Shown here piece by piece: positions 30,940-41,207 of a stretch of 64,000 nucleotides of DNA. Each line of letters opens with the position of its first letter. Positions within the stretch are counted from its first letter, which is position 1. Both the position numbers and the translations under genes were made by a program. The stretch is from assembly GCA_963795855.1 (NCBI GenBank), contig CAWCIZ010000004.1, forward strand, positions 64,001 through 128,000. Direction: 5' to 3'. The stretch comes from Vulcanimicrobiota bacterium. GTDB lineage: Bacteria; Vulcanimicrobiota; Vulcanimicrobiia; Vulcanimicrobiales; Vulcanimicrobiaceae. The notes under the pieces were generated by a model. The model saw only the letters and a program-made list of their open reading frames with translations, had not been told where the DNA came from and ran no database searches.

Positions 30940-31908
30940 ATGCTCGTGCCTCTCGCACTCATCGTTGCGGCCGCGACGACCGCGCCCGCTTCGAGTTCTT
31001 CATGCAGCGCCGCAAAAGCATTCACGGGAACGATTTGCGCGCCGGTAGCCTCCGGCAAATATCCGGCGATCGTTCTGCTGGGCGGTTCCGAAGGCGGAGA
31101 CAGCATGTCGCACGCTGCGGCGCAATTCGCCCAGCGAAGTGACGTTGCGGTTTCGGTTGCATACTTCAAAATGCCGGGGCTGCCGCAAACGCTCGAAAAC
31201 GTGCCGGTCGAAATTGTCGGCACCGCGATCGACGCGCTCTCCAAGCGCGCCGACGTCGATCCCAATCGCATCGCCGTCATGGGACTTTCAAAGGGCGGCG
31301 AACTCGCGCTGCTGGCTGCATCGACGTATCCGAAGGTTCATGCGGTCGTCGCCGACGTTCCAAGTCCATTTGCCTGGCAGGGCATCGCGCAAGGCGCGGG
31401 GCCCGCGGAATCGTCTTGGACTCTCGGAGGAAAACCGGTTCCCTATGTGAGCTATTCGAGCGCGATGGGCGAGCAGTTCCAAAACGCGTTCATGAATCAC
31501 CAGCCCCTCGATCTGCGCAAAGGTTACGACGCGGCGATGCAGCAGAATGCAGCCGACATTCCGCACGCGATGTTCCATCTGGAAAATATCCGCGGCCCCG
31601 TCCTGATGCTCGCGGCGGACGACGACCAGATTTGGAACTCCGTCGCGCAATGTCGACTCGGCATGCAGTATCTGCTCAACCACCATCATCCGTACGCGGA
31701 TCAGTTCCTGAGCTATGCCGGAGCCGGCCACATCTTTCTCTTTGCTTCGCCCGATAGACCGCTCACGCAAGCACCCATGGGACCGATGACGTTGCTGCTG
31801 GGCGGGAGTGCGCGCGCAAACGTTGATGCAGCGAATCAAGCGTGGCCGAAGATCTATTCGTTCTTGAGCGCGTCGCTGCAGGCGGCGGTGAACCAACCGG
31901 GTAACTAG
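30940..31908 (+). CDS. Secreted acyl-CoA thioesterase/BAAT-like alpha/beta hydrolase
   Basis: LGGSEGG, G.SKGGELAL, DD.IW, Y.GAGH; signal-like N-terminus. Confidence 0.8.
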   Translation: MLVPLALIVAAATTAPASSSSCSAAKAFTGTICAPVASGKYPAIVLLGGSEGGDSMSHAAAQFAQRSDVAVSVAYFKMPGLPQTLENVPVEIVGTAIDALSKRADVDPNRIAVMGLSKGGELALLAASTYPKVHAVVADVPSPFAWQGIAQGAGPAESSWTLGGKPVPYVSYSSAMGEQFQNAFMNHQPLDLRKGYDAAMQQNAADIPHAMFHLENIRGPVLMLAADDDQIWNSVAQCRLGMQYLLNHHHPYADQFLSYAGAGHIFLFASPDRPLTQAPMGPMTLLLGGSARANVDAANQAWPKIYSFLSASLQAAVNQPGN

Positions 31909-31917
31909 CTGCGCGCA

Positions 31918-33408
31918 GTGCGCGCGCATCGATTGATCTTCGGAGCGTGGGGTGCCGTCGCGATCGTGACGGCGCTTCGCGCAGCCTTTGCGGCGTCTTT
32001 GCCATTGACCGGTGATGAAGCATATTACTGGGAATGGAGCCGGCGCCTCGCCGCCGGTTACGTCGATCATCCGCCCGCCGTCGCGTTTTGCATCGCCGCG
32101 TTCGCGTGGCTCGGCCGCTCGCCGTTCGCGATTCGCATAGGGTTCGTTCTTTGCGGTTTGTTCGCGGCGCTGTTCGCCGGGGCGGCTGCAACGATGCTGG
32201 CGCGCGACCGGCGCGCGGGTGCTCTCGCCGCGTTATGCGTGACGCTGGCGCCGATACTTACGGTGGTATTCGGCAGCGCGACGCCCGATGGCCCGTACGC
32301 GCTCGCGTGGGCGGCGGCGTTGTACTGTGCGGTGCGGGCGCTTCGCGAACAGCGGCTTGCGTGGTTCGCATGGCTCGGCGCGGCACTCGGGTTCGCGCTG
32401 CTCTCGCGTGCTTTCGCCTGGGCGCTCGTAGCGGGCGTCGTTGCAACGGCGTGCACGCCCGCTTATCGCGCGTCGCTGCGGCGTGGATTCTGGCTGACCG
32501 CTCTTATCGCTGCCGCACTGTTCGCGCCGTATGTTTGGTGGAATGCAACGCATCATTGGATCGCGTTTTCGTTCGCGCTTATGCAGCGCCACCCATCGGA
32601 TGAGGTGCAACTGCTGCGTCCGATCGCCGTATACGCACAGGACGCCCTCGCGTTTTCGCCGGGTTTGTGGATTGCCGCGACGATCGTGCTGATACGCGAG
32701 CGCGAACCAGTGCTGCTTTGGACGGCGCTCCCGCTCAGTGTGATTCTGCTGCTGCTCTCGATGCACGAGCGCGTGGAGGTGTATTGGTTTGTCGGGCCGT
32801 TCGTTTCAGCGTGCGTTGCGATTGGCTGTGCTTTCACGCGGTGGACCGCCGAACGCGCGCGCACCGCGAGCGCGTGGGTCTACGTGCCGGCCGTGCTTCT
32901 TAGCGCGCTGATCTTTATCGCGGGGCTTGCACCGGGCGGGGTTTATGCGGCGCTCCGCGACGCAGGCGTGCGTCTCGCGGACGGAGGGCCGTTCGAAATG
33001 TTTACCTACCGCCGTCTGGCGCACGACGTAGCGGCTCTGACTGCGCCGCGCGCCGCGGTCGCGATGACGGACGGCTACGGATTTTCCTCACTGCTCGATT
33101 TTTACGCCGGCGTGCAGCCGGTCGTGATCGGCTACGATGCCCAGGGCGCCGAAGCTCGGAGTTGGTTCACCGATCGCAACGATCCCGTGCGCGCGTTGTT
33201 CGTCGACAAAGTGCCGCTTGCGTCGCGCCCGGATTTCAGCGCCCCGCTCGCGCGTGCATGCGCACGCGTTCGTCCGGGGCCCGTGCTCTCGTACCGCTTC
33301 TCGGCGGCGGACAACGCGGTCCCGCCGCGACGGTATTTTACGACGTGGTGCGATGGAATGCAGCGCAGTTCCATCGCTACGCTGCGCTGGGAAGGCGCGA
33401 AAAGTTAG
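31918..33408 (+). CDS. GT39/ArnT-like membrane glycosyltransferase
   Basis: DEAYYWEWS..LA.GY.DHPP, TPD.P; many TM helices. Confidence 0.88.
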   Translation: MRAHRLIFGAWGAVAIVTALRAAFAASLPLTGDEAYYWEWSRRLAAGYVDHPPAVAFCIAAFAWLGRSPFAIRIGFVLCGLFAALFAGAAATMLARDRRAGALAALCVTLAPILTVVFGSATPDGPYALAWAAALYCAVRALREQRLAWFAWLGAALGFALLSRAFAWALVAGVVATACTPAYRASLRRGFWLTALIAAALFAPYVWWNATHHWIAFSFALMQRHPSDEVQLLRPIAVYAQDALAFSPGLWIAATIVLIREREPVLLWTALPLSVILLLLSMHERVEVYWFVGPFVSACVAIGCAFTRWTAERARTASAWVYVPAVLLSALIFIAGLAPGGVYAALRDAGVRLADGGPFEMFTYRRLAHDVAALTAPRAAVAMTDGYGFSSLLDFYAGVQPVVIGYDAQGAEARSWFTDRNDPVRALFVDKVPLASRPDFSAPLARACARVRPGPVLSYRFSAADNAVPPRRYFTTWCDGMQRSSIATLRWEGAKS

Positions 33409-35668
33409 GGAAGAAGCGTAAGCGTTTCGCGCGCGGCCGCGCGTATCGCCGCATCGCTGAACGCAAGCGGGACGAGCCGCTCGCGAGCCCACGTGCCGCT
33501 CTGATCGGTGTAATGTCCCGATGCGGGCTCGCCCGACTCCCCGCTCGGAATCACCATGCCGCCCGCATCCCAATTTCCGACGTCCCACACGGCGCGAAAA
33601 CTTTGCGAGTGCGTCGGCGTCTGCACGTGCAAACTGAAGTCTGTCGCCGTTTCCGTCGAACGTCGCGCCGTTGAGAAACGTCGCGCCGAGCATGGAAAGC
33701 GGATGCTGCACCGTGAACCGGCCGTACTCACCCCAGGGTTCGAGCATGCGCGCTCCATAGTTTTTGACGGCGAAGCGCAGCGATTCGACGAGCAGCGCAT
33801 CGTAGTCGCTCTTGGGCCACCAACCCCGCGGGCGTTCGCGCAGAACGCGCATGAGCAGCACGAGGTCGGCGGTTCCCGCGCTGGACTGATAGGCCTGCGC
33901 CAGGGAACCCGCATTGTACTGCGCCAAACTCGTCGCCGCAATCTGACGCAGCTCCCATGCTATCGGCGCGCCCCGCGAGCCCGGATCGAAGCGGCCGTCC
34001 CACTGCGAGAGCGCGCGCACATACGGTTGCAGCGTCCGGTCACGATCCGCGCGCTTGCGGCGCAGCGCCGCGAGCGTTGCGCGTGCGATGTCGCGTTCGG
34101 GAATCGAGAGCGTGTCGGTTTGAAACCGAGCGAAATCTGGACTGAAAATGCGCGCTTGCGGTGCAGCAGCTCTTCGATCCGCCTCGCGCGGTACGGCGCC
34201 GCGAAGTTTGGACTCAGCCGGTATGGATACCCGGCACCGTAGATGCGGTTGTTCGCGGTGAAAACGATCGCATCGCGCGAGGGCGCAAGGCGCGGCAACT
34301 GCGAGAAGGGTATCGGCGGATATATCCGTTCGCGAGCCGCGTGGACGCGCAGTCCCCAAAGCGGATCGTTCGGTATGAGTCCGGCGAGCTGATACGCGGC
34401 TCTGCCGCTCCGGTCGGCTATGACGAAGTTTTGCGGCGGCCCAGGATACGTGCGCAATGCGCGCACTGCCTGCGCGATCGACTTCGCGCGATCGAGAGCT
34501 GGAACGTTTGAAGCGGGGTAATCGGCGTGCGCGCGCCGTGCCAGAACACGGAATATGCGGTATCTCCCGAGGTTTGTGCTACGAAACCGTGACGCGTGCG
34601 ATAATATGTGAACGTGCGATCGCCGCCGAACCGGACGTGAAACAGTTTCCGTCCGCTTGCGCGCCCCGCGTAGGGAATCGCGGTACACGCTTTCGGTTGC
34701 AACGGTGCCGTTCGTCGAACCCCACGCAATGTCGGCATTGTGGCCGAGAATGACACCGGGCGTGCCCGCGAGCGACGCGCCCGCAACGTGAAACGTTCCC
34801 TGATGCAGATCGCTCAGATACCAGATGCCCGGGATGCCTAACCGCAAGTGCGGATCGTTGGCGAGCAACGCGCGCCCGGTAACGCGAGTGCGCCGCTCCG
34901 ATCGCCCACTCGTTGCTGCCGATCGGCGGCCGATGATAATAGCGCGGCAGCGTCATCGCTGCCGCGGCGCGCTTTCCCGAACGCGGGGGCAAGCGGCGGA
35001 ACCGGCTCGATTGCCGTTCCGTCAATCGGCGCGTCGTACGCCGGATCGGTAATCGAATAGAGGTCGAGCAGCGGCGCCGCGCGCTTATCCCGCGCAATTG
35101 CATCGCGTCGAATGACGTCGTCCCACGGATCGATCAGATCCAACACCGTCGCCATTCCAACCGCCAGCGTGTCTTGCGGCATCCACGGCCGCGGTTTGTA
35201 CAGCAAGATGTGAAACTCAGGCGGCAGCGGCTCGCGATTCATCGCAGCGTTCACGCCTTGCGCGAACGCCTGCAACCGCCGACGATCCCGAACGCCCAGA
35301 TGCGCCCACTGCTGCGCGACGATGTCTCGAATATCGCAAATGCGGGCGTTTTCATCGGCGCTCAACACGCCGGGGCCGAGCACTTCGGCCAGTCTGCCGT
35401 ACACGTACCGGCGCAGCAGGTCCATTTGAAACAGCCTGTCCGATGCTTCCGCGTAGCCTTGCGCGAACATGAGATCGTGCTGCGTAGAGGCATAGATGTG
35501 CGGAATGTCGCGCTCGTCACGAACGATGCGCACCGGCGCGTCCAAACCGCTTAGGCGTATGGTGCCGGCGTTTTGCGATGCGGCACGAAGGCCGATCGCG
35601 ACCCAGAGCATCCAGACGAGAATCAGCAAGAGCAGCGCCGAAAGCAAGGCCGCCAGCGCGTAGCGCAT
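33405..35668 (-). CDS. Penicillin acylase family Ntn-hydrolase (several frameshifts)
   Basis: RDE..IPHIYA, FAQGY..A.DRLFQMD, GSNEW, ANDPHL, PQNFV.AD, TANN, GESG.P.S.HY.DQ across 4-5 ORFs. Confidence 0.85.
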
Positions 35669-35690
35669 CGGCCCGGGAAAGCGTCGGCGC

Positions 35691-35997
35691 TTAGGCGTCG
35701 ACGAAGACGTCATCACCCTGGATGCGTACCGAAAAAGTTGGCAGCGGCATTACGGCCGGAAGTGTCAGCACTGCGCCGGTGCGCACGTCGAAATTCGGCG
35801 CCGTGCCGCGCGCAAACGATTCGGCATTCTTCCAGTTCGCCTTGGTCGAGCGGCGCGCCGTCGTGCGTGCAGACGTCTTCGATGGCGTAAATCGCACCCT
35901 CGCAGTTGCACAGCAGAATTTCGGTGCCGTCGACGACGACGCGCAGCGTGCGCCCGGGCGCGATGTCGGTGACTTTCGCTACGGGATAATCCGCCAT
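35691..35997 (-). CDS. Rieske 2Fe-2S ferredoxin (frameshift near 35800)
   Basis: C.H (VCTHD) and C..H (IVCARHG) ligands; FD.RTG in the other frame. Confidence 0.85.
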
Positions 35998-36127
35998 GGT
36001 GTGCGCGTTCTGAAATGCGCCGAATCCACCCTTCGAGTACTCGGGACGTCTCAACAGCCGGCGGGCTAAGAGTTCGGCCAACACGGATGTTATTTCCTTA
36101 CTTGTCCCGCGAAAATGCGGATAAGCG

Positions 36128-36153
36128 GAAAAACCGCACGGATGCGGTTTTTC
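36128..36153. terminator. Bidirectional intrinsic terminator after sufB
   Basis: GAAAAACCGCA-CGGA-TGCGGTTTTTC perfect inverted repeat. Confidence 0.8.
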
Positions 36154-36185
36154 TAGCGCTTCGCGAAAGATTCGGCGCGGCGAGA

Positions 36186-37606
36186 CTACCCGACGCTGCC
36201 TTCCATCTCCATCTTGACGAGACGGTTCAGTTCGACCGCATATTCCATCGGGAGTTCCTTGACGAAGAAGTCGAAAAACCCGTTGACGATGATGCGCGCG
36301 TCGCGTCCGCTTCGCTCAGACCGCGGCTCATCGCGTAGAACAGTCTGCTCCTCGCTGATTTTGCTGACGCTCGCTTCATGTTCGACGGTCGAACGCTGCT
36401 CGTGCACTTTCATGGTCGGCTTGGTGTCGCTCGAGGAATCCTCGTCCATGATGATTGCGTCGCACTTCACGCGCGTGCGAGCGCCGATCGCACCCGGCAT
36501 GATCTCGACCAGCCCGCGGTACGTCGTCTTTCCACCGTGCGCGGAGAGCGATTTGTTCGTGATGACCGACGTCGTGTTAGGCGCAGCGTGAATCACTTTC
36601 GCGCCCGCATCCTGATGCTGTCCTTCGCCGCGCTACCGCCATAGAGAGAACGGTGCCGCGCGCCCCTTCGCCCATCAGGTAAATCGACGGATATTTCATG
36701 GTCAGGCGCGAGCCCAGGTTGCCGTCGACCCACTCCACGGTCGCGTTCTTGTACGCGACTGCGCGTTTCGTGACGAGATTGAAAATATTGCGGTACCAGT
36801 TCTGAATCGTCGTGTAGCGGATCGAGGAGTCTTCGAGCGCGATGAGTTCGACGACGGCGCTGTGCAGCGAACTCGAAGAAAACTTCGGCGCGGTACAGCC
36901 TTCGGTATAATGAAATTTCGCTCCTGGCTCGGCGATCATCAGCGTGCGCTCGAACTGGCCCATGTTCTCGCTGTTGATGCGGAAGTAGGCCTGCAGCGGC
37001 GTCTTGACCTCGACGCCGGGCGGGACGTACGCAAACGAACCGCCGGACCACACCGCGGAGTTGAGCGCCGCGAATTTGTTGTCACCCGGCGGAATGACCG
37101 TCGACGAAATACTTCTTGACGATCTCCGGATACTCGCGAACGGCGGTGTCCATGTCGCAGAAGATGACGCCGAGCTCTTCCAGGTCCGTGCGGATGGAGT
37201 GGTAGACGACTTCCGATTCGTATTGCGCAGAAACGCCGGAAAGAAAGTTGCGCTCGGCCTCGGGGATGCCGAGCTTGTCGAAAGTGCGCTTGATGTCCTC
37301 GGGCACGTCGTCCCACGATCTTGCCGACGTGGTCGCTGGCGCGCACGAAGTACTGGATGTTGTCGAAGTCGATCTCGGCCAGCCGTTCGGTATCGCCCCA
37401 CCAGGGCATCGGCTTACTAAGGAAGATGTCGAGCGCCTTGAGGCGGAAATCGCGCATCCAGCCCGGCTCGTTCTTCATCTCGCTGATGTTGCACGACGAT
37501 CTCCCGGGTCAGGCCCTTCCCCGACTGGAAAACATAGTTCTCGGGGTCGTGGAAGCCGTGCTCGGTAATCCTCGCCGATCGCGGCGGGCTTGAATTGCGT
37601 CGCCAT
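36186..37606 (-). CDS. sufB: Fe-S cluster assembly protein SufB (multiple frameshifts)
   Basis: [78 protein letters not shown]. Confidence 0.93.
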
Positions 37607-37649
37607 GTGCCTTCCTTAAGGCTACCCCGCGAAGGTAGTGGGGCGATAG

Positions 37650-37674
37650 TCAAGATAGTTAAGTCGTATCTTAA
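37650..37674. promoter_or_regulatory. Candidate operator palindrome upstream of sufB
   Basis: AAGATA-N9-TATCTT in an AT-rich patch. Confidence 0.45.
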
Positions 37675-37737
37675 ATATCTCTTCCAGTCTGCGGCCTGGC
37701 GCCGCCCGGCTGCCCGCTCTTTTTTCGCCGGAAGTCC

Positions 37738-37766
37738 TTTACAGGGGGGTATTGAGGGGCTATCAT
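37738..37766 (+). promoter_or_regulatory. Sigma70 promoter upstream of speD
   Basis: TTTACA-17 bp-TATCAT. Confidence 0.6.
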
Positions 37767-37991
37767 GGTCGCCGGACCCTTCCTAAGGCTTGGATTTCCT
37801 CTGTTTGGCCTGCCGAAGGTGCCACGGTCATGGGAGGCGCGCCCTTACGCGCCATCGCGGCGAGCCGCCCGCGCACCGCAAAAGCGCCGGCAAGAGTTCG
37901 TCGATAGGTCGGGGACGTGACTGCACCGCAGGCGCCAGCCGACGAGTCCGGAGGTGGGATTTCCCCCAAGGTCGAGGAGAGAAGACGAGAA

Positions 37992-38406
37992 TTGAAGGCA
38001 CTCGGTACGCACATTGTGTGTGAACTGTCGGGGTGTGACCCGGAGGCCCTCACGGACGTCGATGCCGTCCACGCCATGATGATCACCGCTGCCAAGGCGG
38101 CGAATGCGACCATTATGGAGAGCGCCTTCCACCGGTTTGAGCCGCAGGGTGTTTCCGGTACCGTCATTTTGGCGGAGTCGCACTTGTCCATCCACACCTG
38201 GCCCGAGAAAGGCTACGCTGCGATGGACTTTTATACGTGCGGCGATCACACCAATCCATGGCTGGCCTGCGAACACGCGGCCCAAGTGCTCTCCGCCAAG
38301 AGCATGCTGACCACCGAATTCAAACGCGGAATCGAATCGAAGAACGGGACGTACACCCACGTGGTAACGCGCGACCGAAGCCGAGGACCGTCCCCTCACC
38401 GCGTAA
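37992..38406 (+). CDS. speD: S-adenosylmethionine decarboxylase proenzyme (alternative start GTG 37917; probable 3' indel)
   Basis: GTH...EL.GC, F.PQGVSG.VILAESHLSIHTWPE.GYAA.D.YTCG; terminator follows TAA at 38406. Confidence 0.93.
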
Positions 38407-38429
38407 GCCTCTCCGAACCGAACATCCAG

Positions 38430-38459
38430 CGGCGCGTCCATGGACGCGCCGTTTTATTT
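38430..38459 (+). terminator. Intrinsic terminator after speD
   Basis: CGGCGCGTCC-AT-GGACGCGCCG followed by TTTTATTT. Confidence 0.8.
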
Positions 38460-38507
38460 GCGTAAAACCAATCGACTGCAGCCCCCCGTACCTCCGATAC
38501 AGCAAGT

Positions 38508-40274
38508 ATGAGGATGAGGGTGCCGCAGTTTTTGACTGCGGGTGTTACGCTTTCCACGTTGTTGCTCGCGGGCTGCGCGGAGGCGGAGGTTCGACTTCCG
38601 GCGGTGCGGGAGCGCAGCTCATTCCGGTCTTGAACGCGACGCCGACGCCCTCAGCCGATGCGCCGGTCGCCTATTTCCAAGATTCGGGCTCCTCGTCGGG
38701 GAGCGGAACGATCGTTGCCGGGCGCGCATCAGGCGCTCGTAGCGATCGTCTCCGGATCGTCCGGAGCCTCGTCGTTCGCGGGCGACGCGCTCACCGTCAG
38801 CACGCCCTCGACCGCACAAACTTCCACGCGGAGCGCACAAACACGGGTTCGCGCCGTTGCCGCGCCGCGTACTCCGTCCGTTGAGGCGTTTCCGGCGGAT
38901 GACGGACCGCTGCTGCGCAGTCTGCAAAGCCTGCGCACGACGGATGCTGCAGCGCAGCCGCGCACCAGCCAAAGCATCGTGCCGGCACCGCTTTCGGTGG
39001 GTGCGCGCGCAGCCATTTGGGTGCAGAAAGGATCGCTCAGCGGGCCGCGCGTCAACGTGCAGGTTCCGGCGACGGTGCTCGAACAAACCGCGCACGCGAA
39101 CGTTTGGATCGACGACACGCTGCATTTGACGCAAACCGACCTGAACCAAATCGGCGTCGACGTCGAGAACGCATACGCTTCAGACACAAGGCATTTCGCC
39201 TCGTTCGATTACAGCTCGAGCGCGCCGGCACTGCAGCCGCGCTACTCCGCCTGCGCCGTGGGCGGCGCCTCGCAAGGCAGTTCCACCGCATACATCTCCG
39301 AACCGGCGGATCGGCGTATCGACGTGATGGTCGTCAATTCGTCGAATCTCGGCGGCTTGGGCGGATATTTTTCCGGCGCAAACTTGATGACGCAGGCGAC
39401 GCTCAACTGTTTGAACGGGCCCAACCAGACGTACGAATCGAACGAAGCGCCGTTCATCTTCATCGGCTGGTTCGCGAGCAGCGGAACGGCGTACGAGTTG
39501 CAGGAAGATTTAGTACGCAGCAGCGCGCACGAACTGCAGCATCTGATCAATTTCGTCAATCACTCGATTCTCGCGCCGGGCGCCTCTTCCACGTCGTTCG
39601 ACGGCAACGAAGAAACGTACGTGAACGAAGGCCTCTCGATGCTCGCGCAAGACCTCGCCGTGGCGACGATGTACGGCTCGCGCGGGGTGCAATTCGACAT
39701 CGACGACGCCCTCAGCCGCGCCGACGTCTATCTCGCCGGGCCGCAAAATTATTCGCTCAGCGCCTTCACGGGAGTCGATCCTGCTTCGTGGGGAGGCAGC
39801 TCGAGCCCGCAATACAACTGCGGAGGCGGGTGTTACGGCGGAGCGTACCTGTTCGAGCGATACCTGCGCGACCGCTTCGGCGGCGATCAGTACACACATA
39901 CGATGGAAACGAGCGGCGTGACCGGCGACCGGAATCTCGAAAACGCCACCGGAGAATCGCCCGCCTCACTCTTCGGCGATTTCGCGCTGGCGATGGCCGC
40001 GGATTCGCTGCATGTCACGTGCGGCGATCCGCGCTTTCACTTCGGCACGCTGGACGTCGCCGGCACGTATTCCGATCAGTTCGGCGGTTCTACTACGTTG
40101 GGCGGCCTATTCGCGCAGCCGTTTTCCGGCGACTCCGTTACGGTGAACGCTCCGGTCGGCGGCATCGCGTTCGTCGACGTGAGTGCGGTACCGGCAAGCG
40201 GGACGACCGTTTCCGTCGCCGATCGCGAAACGGCGCCGGGCTTTACGCTGGAAGGCGGACTCGCGCAGAAATAG
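38508..40274 (+). CDS. Lipoprotein zinc metalloprotease, M30-like (frameshifts near 38575 and 38720)
   Basis: Lipobox LLLAGC; GGYF; AHELQHLIN..; NEGLS third ligand. Confidence 0.75.
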
Positions 40275-40319
40275 TCGTCCGCGAGGCGTTGCGCCGCACC
40301 TGGCCAATGTAGCGGGCCT

Positions 40320-41207
40320 ATGCCCAAGACCGAACACTGGCAGTGGTACGTCGAGGAGTTCTCCCCGACGGAACAGCACCACCATGCCGTCGAGCAGGTG
40401 TATTACGCCGGCCGAACGCCATTTCAAAGCGTCGGCGTCATCAAAACGCCCGTGTTCGGCAAAATGCTGATCCTCGACGGCGATACGCAGAGCGCGCAGT
40501 TCGACGAGAAGATCTATCACGAATCGCTCGTGCATCCGGCCATGGCGGGCGCGCGAGACCGCTCGGACGTTCTCATTCTCGGCGGCGGCGAAGGCGCGAC
40601 GCTGCGCGAGGTGCTGCGGCATCCGCAGGTGCGACGCTGTACGATGGTCGACATCGACGGCCAAGTCGTCGATCTGTCCAAGCGGTATTTGCCGGAGTGG
40701 TCCGACGGCGCGTTCGACGATCCGCGCGCGCGCGTCATCGTAGCAGATGCGCTCGCGTTTTTGGCGGAGGATCGCGATCGCTACGGCGTTATCATTTCGG
40801 ATTTGACCGAGCCGCTCGAGGATTCGCCGAGCAATCCGCTGTTTTGCGAGGCGGTCTTCCACAACATCAAGGCGCGGTTGGCGGACGGCGGCATCTACGT
40901 GTTACAGGCCAGCACCGCCGGCTTTCACAATATGTCTCTGCACGCGAAGATGGCGCGAACGCTGCGCGCCTATTACGAGCATGTCGCGTCGTTTTACACG
41001 CACGTTCCCGCGTTCGATAACGACTGGGCCTTCATCGCCTGCAGCGATTCCGTCGATCTCGCCGCGCTCGATCCGCAGAGCGTCGATCGCTATTGCGCGA
41101 ATTTGCGCGGCGAAAACTTCTTTTACGACGGCGTCACGCACCGCCGGATCTTCTCCCTGCCGCTGTATTTGCGGCGGGAGCTTTCACGGCACGGGGACAC
41201 GTTTTGA
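40320..41207 (+). CDS. speE: Polyamine aminopropyltransferase
   Basis: T.FQ, FGK.L.LDG..Q...DE..YHE.LVHP, LGGGEGATLRE, VDID, IISDLTEP. Confidence 0.92.
   Translation: MPKTEHWQWYVEEFSPTEQHHHAVEQVYYAGRTPFQSVGVIKTPVFGKMLILDGDTQSAQFDEKIYHESLVHPAMAGARDRSDVLILGGGEGATLREVLRHPQVRRCTMVDIDGQVVDLSKRYLPEWSDGAFDDPRARVIVADALAFLAEDRDRYGVIISDLTEPLEDSPSNPLFCEAVFHNIKARLADGGIYVLQASTAGFHNMSLHAKMARTLRAYYEHVASFYTHVPAFDNDWAFIACSDSVDLAALDPQSVDRYCANLRGENFFYDGVTHRRIFSLPLYLRRELSRHGDTF

Noticed and set aside
36186..37606. sufB as pseudogene, intein host or programmed frameshift
   Set aside because: Length is normal, motifs are intact, no slippery-site pattern seen; indels are shared with many neighbouring genes
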